Origin: Alphaproteobacteria bacterium UBA2903
GTDB lineage: Bacteria > Pseudomonadota > Alphaproteobacteria > CAAGCB01 > CAG-977
Assembly: GCA_002349565.1 (NCBI GenBank)
Contig: DEDN01000030.1
Coordinates: 9,184-73,183 of the forward strand
DNA length: 64,000 bases
Direction: 5' to 3'
Positions within the stretch are counted from its first letter, which is position 1, and each line of letters starts with the position of its first letter. Position numbers and translations under genes: made by a program. Shown here piece by piece: positions 1 to 8,645 of the stretch. The notes under the pieces were generated by a model that was not told where the DNA came from, ran no database searches, and saw only the letters and a list, made by a program, of their open reading frames with translations.

Positions 1-226
1 AAACTTTGGCGATATTTCCCTGTGCGTCATAAACGAAGCGCGGAGAGTCCATATAAATTTGCGCTTTGGTGCATCCCGCCGCATCGGCGCCGTTGCAGTC
101 AATCCGCGGCAAAGAACGGTCATAGCTCACTTTGCCGTTTTCGACGGACAGCGCCAATTCTGGCGCGGCGGCAACCGCCCGCCCCGCCGTCAGCAACAAC
201 AGCAAAACCGCTTTCCACACAAACAT
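1..226 (-). CDS. Hypothetical secreted protein, N-terminal part only (gene runs off the window start)
   Basis: Minus-strand ATG at about 224-226. It is followed by a signal-peptide-like sequence, MFVWKAVLLLLLTAGRAVAAAPELALSVENGKVSYDRS... The reading frame stays open to position 1. It is absent from the ORF track because no stop lies within the window. Confidence 0.4.
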   Translation of the reverse strand, partial: MFVWKAVLLLLLTAGRAVAAAPELALSVENGKVSYDRSLPRIDCNGADAAGCTKAQIYMDSPRFVYDAQGNIAKV

Positions 227-339
227 CTTCACCGCCTTTTTTACCCAGTTTAAAAAACAAGCCGCAAAAAGACAATCTTTTATCTGGATTTTATTTTCTT
301 TTTCGGGTACAAAGAAGGAAAAGGATAAAAGACAGAGAA

Positions 340-1188
340 ATGAACGACGATTCCGGTAGTATTTCACGCCCTCCCCCTGCTTCCCCTGCGGAAACGGGGC
401 TGTTTTCGGTTACAACGTGGAACGTCAATTCAATCAAGACGCGCTTGCCGCAAGTGATTGAATACTTGAAAAAATATTCTCCCGACATTGTTTTGCTGCA
501 AGAAATCAAGACCGAAACGGACGGCTTTCCGTTTTTTGAACTGCAGGCGGCGGGCTATTACTGCGCCGTCAAAGGGCAAAAAAGCTACAACGGCGTTGCG
601 GTTTTATCCAAAGCCCCCGTCCGTGTGATTTCCGACACGCTTTCCCCCGAATTTGCCGACCAAGCCCGCTATTTGGAGGTTGAACAAAACGGCACGCGCT
701 TTATCGGCGTGTACGTTCCGAACGGACAAGCCCCCGCGGCGGCGCCCGACGACACGTCGCGGCTGGACTATAAAATCAAATGGCTTGACGCGCTGAACGC
801 CCGCGTCGCCGAATTGCTGAAAAGCGAAACCGATTTCGTGCTGGGCGGAGATTTCAACGTCATTGAATTCGATTCGGACGTGTATAGCCCGGCGGCGTTC
901 AAAGATTCCGCCTTTACCGTTCCCGCCGTCCGCGGACGGTTCAAGGCTCTGTATTTCCAAGGCTTGACCAACGCCTTGCGTGAAAAATGCGATGACGTTC
1001 CGCTTTATTCCTATTGGGATTATCGGGCGGGCGCGCGCGAAAAAAATGACGGCATACTGCTTGACCACCTGTTTTTGTCGCCGAAATTGGCGGACAAGCT
1101 GGTGCAGGCAGCCGTCGACGGCGAAATGCGCGACGAACCGAAAGCGTCGGATCACGCGCCCGTTCGCTGTCTTTTGTCATTAACTTAA
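340..1188 (+). CDS. xthA: Exodeoxyribonuclease III (AP endonuclease, EEP family)
   Basis: The ORF is 22..1188, and the conserved part begins at MNDDSG (ATG at 340). It carries the motifs TWNVNSIKTRL, VLLQEIK and SDHAPV that are typical of Xth/ExoIII. The upstream 106 codons of the ORF look like non-coding read-through. Confidence 0.85.
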   Translation: MNDDSGSISRPPPASPAETGLFSVTTWNVNSIKTRLPQVIEYLKKYSPDIVLLQEIKTETDGFPFFELQAAGYYCAVKGQKSYNGVAVLSKAPVRVISDTLSPEFADQARYLEVEQNGTRFIGVYVPNGQAPAAAPDDTSRLDYKIKWLDALNARVAELLKSETDFVLGGDFNVIEFDSDVYSPAAFKDSAFTVPAVRGRFKALYFQGLTNALREKCDDVPLYSYWDYRAGAREKNDGILLDHLFLSPKLADKLVQAAVDGEMRDEPKASDHAPVRCLLSLT

Positions 1189-1197
1189 GAGGAAAAG

Positions 1198-2559
1198 ATG
1201 GACTCCCCTTCTTCATATACGTTTTTAAAACTGTTTGCGGCTTTTGTTTTTGTGGCGATTAACGCGTTTTTCGTCGCCGCGGAGTTTTCAATCGTTAAAA
1301 TCCGCCGTTCCCGTTTGGAGGAAATCGAAGCGCACGGCAATAAAAAAGCCAAACTGGCTATCAAAGTCACGTCCGCGCTGGATTCTTATTTAAGTGCGAC
1401 TCAGCTGGGCATTACGCTGGCTTCGCTGGCTTTGGGCTGGATTGGCGAACCCGCTTTGGCGGTCATTATCGACCCCTTGTTCGGTCATTGGCTGAAAGAC
1501 GACCCCGTGCTGATGCATTCGGTCAGCATTGCCGTCGCTTTTACAATCATTACCTTGATGCATGTCGTTTTCGGCGAACTGGTGCCGAAATCCATCGCGA
1601 TTCAGAAAACAGAGATGTCGGTCATGCTGATTGTCCGTCCTTTGTACTGGTTCGCCCGCCTGTTCCGTCCCGTCATCTGGGTGTTTGACCACTGCGCCGC
1701 GCTTGCGCTGAAGCTTATCGGCATTCACCCCGCTCAGGAAAGCGACTTGGTTCATTCCGAAGAAGAATTGAAGCTGATTGCGGGCGCGTCCCAACGCGGC
1801 GGCATCATCGACAAAACGGAAAGCGAAATCATTAAAAACGCCGTTGACTTTTCGGATAAAATCGCGCGTGAAATTATGATTCCGCGGCAAGATATGGAAT
1901 GTCTGTATCTGGAATGCAGTTACGACGAAAACATTGAAATCGTCAAAACAAGCAACCACACGCGCTATCCCGTTTGCGACGAAGACAAGGACAACATCGT
2001 CGGCATGGTGCATTTGCGCGACATTTTGATGAATGAAGGCGAACGCGATATCAAAAAAATGCTGCGTGAAGTTCTGTTCGTCCCCGAAAGCCTGTCGGTG
2101 TCCGAAGTTCTGCACACAATGAAAAAACGCCGCATCCACATGGCGATAGTGATTGACGAATACGGCGGCACGTCGGGCTTGATTTCCATGGAAGACGTTT
2201 TGGAAGAACTGGTCGGCGACATCCAAGACGAACACGACACATCAACCGATGTTTACGAAAAACGCCTTGACGACGGTTCGTACGAATTCTTGGGAATGAC
2301 TTTGCTGGACGAAGCCATGGAATACATGGGACTGCGCCCGTTGGAAGAACACGAGGAAGACACCATCGGCGGCTATGTATTCGGGCTGCTGGCGCGCAAA
2401 CCCAAAGTCGGCGACGTCGTGAACTGCCCGCAATGCAGTTTCGAGATTTTGGAAATCGACGGCTTCCGCGTCAAAAAGGTCAAAGCGACCGTCTCGCCCA
2501 AGCACGACGATGATGACGAAGAAGAAGACGATAAATCCGACGCAGAATCCGAGGAATGA
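1198..2559 (+). CDS. HlyC/CorC-family membrane protein (DUF21 - CBS pair - CorC_HlyC transporter-associated domain); putative Mg/Co efflux or hemolysin-like protein
   Basis: The protein is 453 aa. The N-terminal TM region FAAFVFVAINAFFVAAEFSIVK is the DUF21 signature. CBS-like segments follow, and the C-terminus has an acidic tail (DDDDEEEDDKSDAESEE). A GAGGAAAAG RBS lies before the ATG at 1198. Confidence 0.8.
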   Translation: MDSPSSYTFLKLFAAFVFVAINAFFVAAEFSIVKIRRSRLEEIEAHGNKKAKLAIKVTSALDSYLSATQLGITLASLALGWIGEPALAVIIDPLFGHWLKDDPVLMHSVSIAVAFTIITLMHVVFGELVPKSIAIQKTEMSVMLIVRPLYWFARLFRPVIWVFDHCAALALKLIGIHPAQESDLVHSEEELKLIAGASQRGGIIDKTESEIIKNAVDFSDKIAREIMIPRQDMECLYLECSYDENIEIVKTSNHTRYPVCDEDKDNIVGMVHLRDILMNEGERDIKKMLREVLFVPESLSVSEVLHTMKKRRIHMAIVIDEYGGTSGLISMEDVLEELVGDIQDEHDTSTDVYEKRLDDGSYEFLGMTLLDEAMEYMGLRPLEEHEEDTIGGYVFGLLARKPKVGDVVNCPQCSFEILEIDGFRVKKVKATVSPKHDDDDEEEDDKSDAESEE

Positions 2560-2579
2560 TTTTCCGCTGGAAAAATAGC

Positions 2580-2626
2580 AAAAATTTGCTATAATGTAGA
2601 AAATTTCGGAAAAAAGGAGTGTTCTT
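2580..2626 (+). promoter_or_regulatory. Putative sigma70 -10 box (TATAAT in 'ttgctataatgtag') plus AAGGAG RBS upstream of the HAD hydrolase gene
   Basis: The sequence ...aaaaatttgctataatgtagaaaatttcggaaaaaaggagtgttcttATG was read directly. The -10 consensus and a strong RBS lie 11 nt before the ATG at 2627. Confidence 0.35.
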
Positions 2627-3583
2627 ATGACGGAAAAACAGCCTATAGCTTTGGTTGTCAGCGATATTGACAACACGATTGCCGATAAATTCAACGTGTG
2701 GGGAAATGCGCTTGATTCGGCTTTGGACAAACTGGCGAAGCTGCATAAACGCGACCGCAAGGACATTGAACAGGATTTGCTGGCGCACGTTCCGGAATCC
2801 GTCAAACACATTTCCGGTCCCTATATCGGCAAAGACTTGCGTTCGGACGTTGCCTGCACGCCGTCATTGAAGCCTTCTTCGCCCGAAATGGAAAAAGAAC
2901 AGGAAAAAATCTTTCACGAATGGGACAAGGACAGAAGCGAAGTCAGTCTGTATGCCGGCGTTTTGCCCACCATCAACAAAATCAAAGCATCGGGGGCGAA
3001 GCTTGTTCTTTACACCGATTCCCGCGAATCCGTTTGTGTTCCGCGTTTGGCGAAAATGGGCATTACGGCGGATATGATTGACGCGCTTTACGTCCAGCCC
3101 GATTTGAAAGACGGTCAAATCATCCGCAAACCCGTCAAAGGCGTTGCCAACGATTTCCGCGCGGCTTTGGGAGACAAGCTTGTTTTGCTGGATCCGAAAA
3201 CAAACAAGCCGCATCCCAAAAACATGCAAAGAATTCTTGACGATATGGGCGTCAAAGACCCGAAAACCGCCGTTATGGTCGGTGACAACATCCGCGCGGA
3301 CGGCACGGGCGCAATCGCCGTCGGCATGAACTTTGCGTGGCAAAAACAGGGAACGGTCATCAACGACGCGACCCTGCGCTGTTATAAAACGTTCTGCCAA
3401 GACCCGAATTACAAGCTGACAACGGCGGAACATCTGGAACAGATGGACGCCACAAACCGCCCGACCGCCGTGCTGAACGGCTTTGCGGATTTGAACAAAT
3501 TTTACCGTTTTACGGCGCAAAACACAAAGCCGTCCGCTGTTTTGACGGCGGCAATAAAAGTCGGCAGACGAAACGGAAGATAA
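2627..3583 (+). CDS. HAD-superfamily hydrolase (phosphatase-like), specificity unknown
   Basis: HAD motif I is VVSDIDNTI (DxDxT). A conserved Lys lies in KPHPKN, and motif IV is MVGDNIRADG. The protein is 318 aa. Confidence 0.6.
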   Translation: MTEKQPIALVVSDIDNTIADKFNVWGNALDSALDKLAKLHKRDRKDIEQDLLAHVPESVKHISGPYIGKDLRSDVACTPSLKPSSPEMEKEQEKIFHEWDKDRSEVSLYAGVLPTINKIKASGAKLVLYTDSRESVCVPRLAKMGITADMIDALYVQPDLKDGQIIRKPVKGVANDFRAALGDKLVLLDPKTNKPHPKNMQRILDDMGVKDPKTAVMVGDNIRADGTGAIAVGMNFAWQKQGTVINDATLRCYKTFCQDPNYKLTTAEHLEQMDATNRPTAVLNGFADLNKFYRFTAQNTKPSAVLTAAIKVGRRNGR

Positions 3584-3746
3584 GTCAATATCAAACATCC
3601 TGCAAATGGATCGCCGCGTCGCTTCGCTCCTCGTGATGACGAACAAGGTTCAATGCCTGTACGGGACTGCCGCGCCCCTGTGGGGGCTCGCAGTTTCGAT
3701 TCTAAAAAACACTTATTCTATTGAAATCGCCCGCAAAGTCGGTCTG

Positions 3747-3995
3747 CGTCCCGAACTGAAAGCGGCAGCAACGTACGACTTTGCCCAAGACAACGAAGAC
3801 CGCATTGCCATGCTGCCCGATGAAACGGTGTATTCCGTCAAAGGCAAGCCTTTGGAAAAATTCGGCGTGGAAGCGGGCGCGGATCTGTTTATGACGTTCG
3901 GCAACAGCAGCGAAATCAACCTAACTTACGAAGGCAGATTCCGCAAAAATTTCCAAGACCACACCGCTATGCTCAGCTTCAAGGTCAATTTCTGA
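3747..3995 (+). pseudogene. Remnant of an autotransporter beta-barrel (C-terminal approximately 83 aa only)
   Basis: The C-terminus of ORF 3606..3995 (RPELKAAATYDF...FGVEAGADLFMTFGNSSEINLTYEGRF...SFKVNF) aligns with the last approximately 83 aa of the large autotransporter at 21718..24216 (MPELKAAATYDF...FGIEAGAGFSMNFGKSASLSLLYDGMF...NAKINF). No passenger domain or signal peptide lies upstream. Confidence 0.6.
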
Positions 3996-3997
3996 AG

Positions 3998-4975
3998 TTA
4001 CCGTTTTTCCAGATAGTTCATCGGATCGACGGCTTTTGTTCCGCGGCGGATTTCAAAGTGCAGCTGCGGTTCTTTGGCGTTGCCCGTTTTGCCCGCTTTC
4101 GCCATCGGCTGCCCGCGTTTGACGGTATCGCCGCGCTTGACCAGAAATTCCTTGTTGTGCGCATACGCGGTAATCCACCCGTCGGCGTGTTTGACCAGCA
4201 GCAGATTGCCAAATCCTTTCAGTTCGTTGCCCGCGTAAGCCACAACGCCGTTTTCCGCGGCGCGGACAAAAGTCCCTTCGGCGACTTTGATATTGATGCC
4301 GTCGTTGTGTCGCCCTCCCCCCGCCGAACCGAATTTGTTCATGACCGTGCCATTAACGGGCCAAGCAAACTTGGCTTTGGCGCGATCGGGCGGCGCAGGC
4401 AGACGCGCCGCCGTTTTGCGGGTTGTTTTCTTGCTTGATTTGGCGGATTTCGCCGCCGTTTTTTTCACGGTCGTTTTGGCGGGGGTGTTTTTCAACGCAA
4501 CCCAGCGTTCCGTCGGTTCAACGACAGATCCAGGCAGCTTTAAAATCTGTCCCAGATAAATCGAATACGGCGCGTACAGGTTGTTCGTGCGGGTCAGCAC
4601 GCTCATATCCACGTTATAACGGCGGGAAATGCTGTAAATGGTGTCGCCCTTTTGAACAACGTGAACGGACGGTTCGGGCAGACGAAGACGCGCCCCTTTG
4701 GACAGGATGAACGGCGGTTTGAGGTTGTTGACCTCGATCATTGAACGGATGGGGACGTTATAGCGGCGGGACAAGGAATAAACCGTATCGCCTTTATGCA
4801 CTGTCACATACGACGGCGACAGGCTTTGCACACGGTATTGTTCGCGGTAATAGGGCGAATTTTGCGCTTTGACGGGCGCATAATATCCGCCGCGATTCAG
4901 CACGACGCCCGAACACCCCGCCAAAGCGGCGGCAAGCGCGGCAATCCCGACAATCCTTTTCAAGTCCCATTCCAT
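3998..4975 (-). CDS. LysM-domain M23 family metallopeptidase lipoprotein (NlpD-like murein hydrolase activator)
   Basis: A lipoprotein signal with lipobox (LAGC) is present. There are two LysM repeats (HKGDTVYSLSRRYNV... and QKGDTIYSISRRYNV...). The C-terminal M23 domain reads GINIKVAEGTFVRAAENGVVAYAG...GWITAYAHN...PQLHFEIR. Confidence 0.8.
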   Translation of the reverse strand: MEWDLKRIVGIAALAAALAGCSGVVLNRGGYYAPVKAQNSPYYREQYRVQSLSPSYVTVHKGDTVYSLSRRYNVPIRSMIEVNNLKPPFILSKGARLRLPEPSVHVVQKGDTIYSISRRYNVDMSVLTRTNNLYAPYSIYLGQILKLPGSVVEPTERWVALKNTPAKTTVKKTAAKSAKSSKKTTRKTAARLPAPPDRAKAKFAWPVNGTVMNKFGSAGGGRHNDGINIKVAEGTFVRAAENGVVAYAGNELKGFGNLLLVKHADGWITAYAHNKEFLVKRGDTVKRGQPMAKAGKTGNAKEPQLHFEIRRGTKAVDPMNYLEKR

Positions 4976-5095
4976 TTTGAAACACCGTTGTTCAAACTTT
5001 ATCAGGATAGACGCAAAAGGTTTAGAAATTTTTAATCTTGGTTTTCGAATGAAAATCGGCTAAAATCCGCCCGTTTTTTGATGAAAGGAAGCTTT

Positions 5096-7675
5096 ATGAC
5101 CGCATCGCCCGAAACCGTTTACGCCGCAGATTACAAAAAGCCCGCTTATCAAATCAGCCGCGTCGATATAACGTTCGACCTTGGTTTGAACCATACGGAA
5201 ATCACGGCGGAAATGCGCGTTCGCCGCGAACCCGACACGGCGGCGGGAACGCCTTTGTTTTTGGACGGCGACGAACTGACTCTGCAAAGCGTCGCGATTG
5301 ACGGCAGGATTTTGACGGAAAGCGAATACGCGCTGTCGGACGACGGCATGACGATTTTCAATCCGCCCGAAAGCTTTGACTTGACAATCAAAACGGTTGT
5401 CAATCCTACGGCGAACACAAAACTGCAAGGGCTTTACGCGTCTGACGGAATCTTGTGTACCAAATGCGAAACGCACGGTTTCCGCCGCATTACCTATTTT
5501 CTTGACCGGCCCGACGTGATGCCCGTTTGGCGCACGACGCTGATTGCCGACAAAGCAAAACTGCCGACTCTGGTTTCCAACGGCAACAAGGAAGAAGCCG
5601 CAGACTTGCCAGACGGACGGCACAAAGCGGTGTTTTTCGATCCCGTGCCGAAAGCGTGCTACTTGTACGCCGTTGTCGCGGGCAATCTGGACAGGCGGCA
5701 GGACAGCTTTGTGACCCGATCGGGACGCAAGGTTGAACTGAATGTCTTTGTCGAGGCGGGCAAAGGCGATATGACCGCTTACGCTTTGGAATCGCTGAAA
5801 CGCGCGATGAAATGGGACGAAGACACGTTCGGGCGCGAATACGACCATGATGTTTTCAACATTGTCGCGGTGTCGAATTTCAATTCGGGCGCATGCGAAA
5901 ACACGTCTTTAAACATCTTCAACGACAAATATGTGCTTGCCGACCCCGCCAAAGCGACGGATGCGGATTACGCCAACATCGAAGGCGTCATCGCGCACGA
6001 GTATTTTCACAACTGGTCGGGCAATCGCGTTACTTTGCGCGACTGGTTCGATTTGACGCTGAAAGAAGGCTTGACCGTCTACCGCGATCAAGAATTTTCG
6101 TCCGACATGCGGTCGCGCGCCGTTAAACGGATAGAGGACGTTGCGGCGTTGCGCGCGTTCCAGTTCCCGCAGGACGCAAGCCCCCTCGCCCACCCGATAA
6201 GCCCCGATTCCTATATTTCCGTGCGTTCGCTTTACACCACAACCGTTTACGACAAAGGCGCGGAAGTCATCCGCATGATGGCGCGCATGGCGGGCAAAGA
6301 CAAATTTCGCAAAGGCATGGATTTGTACTTTTCCCGCAACGACGGCAAAGCGGTGACGTGTCACGACTTTGTCGCGGCGATTGCCGACGGCGCGGATTTG
6401 GACTTAAAGCAATTCGAGGATACTTGGTATCATCAGGCGGGAACGCCCGCGGTAACCGCTTCGGGCGTTTATGACGCAAAGGAAAAAACATACTCGCTGA
6501 CTTTGCGGCAATCAACGCCCGCGACACCGAATCAACCCGTCAAGCGTCCTTTTGTCATTCCTTTGCAAATCGGGCTGATGGATAAAAACGGCAAAGACAT
6601 GGCGGACGAAATCGTCGTTTTGACCGAATCCGAACAGACTTTCGTGTTTGAAAACATCCCCGAAAGCCCCGTTTTATCAGGCAACCGCGGCTTTACCGCG
6701 CCGATTTGGTTCAAAGCCGACTATACGCCCGAACAGCGCGCTTTGCTGATGGCAAAAGATTCCGATTTGTTCAACCGCTGGGACGCGGGACAGCAGTTCG
6801 CAATCGATATTTTATTGGCTTTGGTCAAAGCCCCCGCCGCCCCCGTTCCGCCCGCTTTCATAAACGCGCTTAAGGGGTATCTGACCGATGAAATGCCGGA
6901 CAAAGCCTTTGTCGCCAAAGCTTTCATCCTGCCGTCCGAACGCATGCTGGCGGAACAAGTCGCCGTTATCGACGTTGACGCGATTCACCGCGCGCGCGAA
7001 GCTTTGCGCCGCCGTATCGCAACCGAATTGAAAGCGGAACTGCTGAACGCTTACAACGCCAATGCCGCAACGGGGGCTTATGTTCCGAACGCGGCGGATT
7101 CGGGCAAGCGCGCCGTTAAAAATACGGCGTTGGCGTATTTAAGCCTGCTTGACGACACATTGGCGCAAAAACAGTACCGTTCGGCGGCGCAGATGACCGA
7201 CAAAGAAGCCGCCGTCCGCGTGTTTGCAGGCAAAGATTCGCCGCAAGCCCAAGCGATTATGGACGACTTTTACCAAACATACAAAAAAGACTCTTTGGTC
7301 GTCGACAAATGGCTGACAATGCAGGCGACGGCGAACGAAAATGCGCTTTCCACCGTCAAAAAGCTGTTGCGCCACGAAGCGTTTTCCATAACCAACCCGA
7401 ACAAAGTCCGCGCGCTTATCGGCGCGTTTGCCGCCAATCCGACGGCACTGCACAAAGCGGACGGTTCGGGTTATGACTTCATCGTTGAACAAACACTTGC
7501 CGTTGACAAAATCAATCCGCAAATCGCGGCGACCATCCCTGTTGCTTTGGGAATGTGGAAAAAATTCGACGCACGGCGGCAGACGTTGATGAAAAACGCC
7601 CTTGTTCGCCTGATGAACACGCCCGATTTATCGCCGAACACTTTTGAAATCGTGTCAAAGTCGCTGAAAGGATAA
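5096..7675 (+). CDS. pepN: Aminopeptidase N (M1 family zinc metallopeptidase)
   Basis: It has the gluzincin motif HEYFHNWSGNRVT...LKEGLTVY, and the N-terminus is PepN-like (YKKPAYQISRVDITFDL). The start was chosen at the ATG at 5096, which has an AAAGGAAG RBS. The gene encodes about 859 aa. Confidence 0.9.
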   Translation: MTASPETVYAADYKKPAYQISRVDITFDLGLNHTEITAEMRVRREPDTAAGTPLFLDGDELTLQSVAIDGRILTESEYALSDDGMTIFNPPESFDLTIKTVVNPTANTKLQGLYASDGILCTKCETHGFRRITYFLDRPDVMPVWRTTLIADKAKLPTLVSNGNKEEAADLPDGRHKAVFFDPVPKACYLYAVVAGNLDRRQDSFVTRSGRKVELNVFVEAGKGDMTAYALESLKRAMKWDEDTFGREYDHDVFNIVAVSNFNSGACENTSLNIFNDKYVLADPAKATDADYANIEGVIAHEYFHNWSGNRVTLRDWFDLTLKEGLTVYRDQEFSSDMRSRAVKRIEDVAALRAFQFPQDASPLAHPISPDSYISVRSLYTTTVYDKGAEVIRMMARMAGKDKFRKGMDLYFSRNDGKAVTCHDFVAAIADGADLDLKQFEDTWYHQAGTPAVTASGVYDAKEKTYSLTLRQSTPATPNQPVKRPFVIPLQIGLMDKNGKDMADEIVVLTESEQTFVFENIPESPVLSGNRGFTAPIWFKADYTPEQRALLMAKDSDLFNRWDAGQQFAIDILLALVKAPAAPVPPAFINALKGYLTDEMPDKAFVAKAFILPSERMLAEQVAVIDVDAIHRAREALRRRIATELKAELLNAYNANAATGAYVPNAADSGKRAVKNTALAYLSLLDDTLAQKQYRSAAQMTDKEAAVRVFAGKDSPQAQAIMDDFYQTYKKDSLVVDKWLTMQATANENALSTVKKLLRHEAFSITNPNKVRALIGAFAANPTALHKADGSGYDFIVEQTLAVDKINPQIAATIPVALGMWKKFDARRQTLMKNALVRLMNTPDLSPNTFEIVSKSLKG

Positions 7676-7680
7676 CCCCC

Positions 7681-8166
7681 GTGAACAAAACCGTTTTGAC
7701 AGGAATTATTTGCTTTGCGGGGGGGGCGGCGACGGTCGCTTTTGCCCCGCGGGAACGGCTTCCCCTGCCCTTGGAAGCCAAACTGACGTCGCAGGGACGC
7801 GAAATCGTGCGCGATTTGGAACAAAAGCTGAATACGCTTGATTACGCCGATGTTTTGGCGGAACAAACGAAAATTCTGCAAGCCCTTGCCCAAAAACAGC
7901 CCGACTTGGCACAGGCGGAAACTTATGCCGCTGTTCTGCGCGAAAAGCAAGCCGAACTGCAATCCGCCGCTTTGCGTGCGGAAATCGGGGAAATCGCAAA
8001 AATGCCCCTGTCCGACCGCGAAGCCTACCGCGCGTACCGTTTGAAGAACAAAGAGGCTTTGAAACGGCAAATTCTGCTAATTCCTTTGCTGATTGAAGCG
8101 GATTTGGAACCGTCGGGCGACCGTCCGCGCGACAAAATCTTTAGAAAAATCGGGAAACTGCAATGA
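7681..8166 (+). CDS. Hypothetical exported coiled-coil protein
   Basis: A GTG start lies 6 nt after the pepN stop. The N-terminus is hydrophobic (VLTGIICFAGGAATVAFA), and the remainder is Ala/Gln/Glu/Leu-rich helical. The stop overlaps the ybaK start (ATGA). Confidence 0.45.
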   Translation: MNKTVLTGIICFAGGAATVAFAPRERLPLPLEAKLTSQGREIVRDLEQKLNTLDYADVLAEQTKILQALAQKQPDLAQAETYAAVLREKQAELQSAALRAEIGEIAKMPLSDREAYRAYRLKNKEALKRQILLIPLLIEADLEPSGDRPRDKIFRKIGKLQ

Positions 8167-8645
8167 CCGCTTTAAAGAAAACCAACGCCATGCGCCTGCT
8201 GGAACAGGCAAAAGTGCCTTTCGAGTTTTACGAATACGAAACGTCCGACGGCAAAATCGATGCGAAATCCGTCGCCGCCAAAATCGGGCAAGCCCCCGAA
8301 CAGGTGTTCAAAACGCTGGTAACGCAATCGCCGACGCACGAACATTTCGTTTTCGTCGTCCCCAGCATCGGCGAGCTTGACTTGAAAAAAGCCGCCAAAG
8401 CCGCAGGGCAAAAAAGCATCGAAATGATAGCGCAAAAGCAACTGTTGCCGCTGACGGGCTATATTCACGGCGGATGTTCGCCAATCGGCATGAAAAAGCC
8501 GTTCCCGACATTCATCGACGAAACGGCTTTGCTGTACGACAAATTCTGCATCAGCGCGGGCAAAGTCGGCGTGAACCTGTGCCTGAACCCGCAAGACGCC
8601 GCGGCGTATTTAAACGCTCAATTCGTCGATTTGCTCAAAGGCTGA
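8163..8645 (+). CDS. ybaK: Cys-tRNA(Pro)/Cys-tRNA(Cys) deacylase YbaK
   Basis: It is 160 aa and has the YbaK/ProX-type editing domain motifs (FEFYEY..., GYIHGGCSPIG). Confidence 0.8.
   Translation: MTALKKTNAMRLLEQAKVPFEFYEYETSDGKIDAKSVAAKIGQAPEQVFKTLVTQSPTHEHFVFVVPSIGELDLKKAAKAAGQKSIEMIAQKQLLPLTGYIHGGCSPIGMKKPFPTFIDETALLYDKFCISAGKVGVNLCLNPQDAAAYLNAQFVDLLKG

Noticed and set aside
22-339. The N-terminal 106 codons of ORF 22..1188 as part of xthA
   Set aside because: The translation is Arg/Pro/Ser-rich and non-protein-like. The Xth homology starts at MNDDSG/TWNVNS. The region instead overlaps the 5' end of a minus-strand secreted-protein gene, so it is an overlapping frame artefact.
3640-3715. 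A possible tRNA/tmRNA-like 3' end (…ggctcgcagtttcgattct…)
   Set aside because: There is no proper T-arm consensus (GGTTCGAATCC), no acceptor-stem complementarity and no CCA context. It lies inside the read-through ORF preceding the autotransporter remnant.
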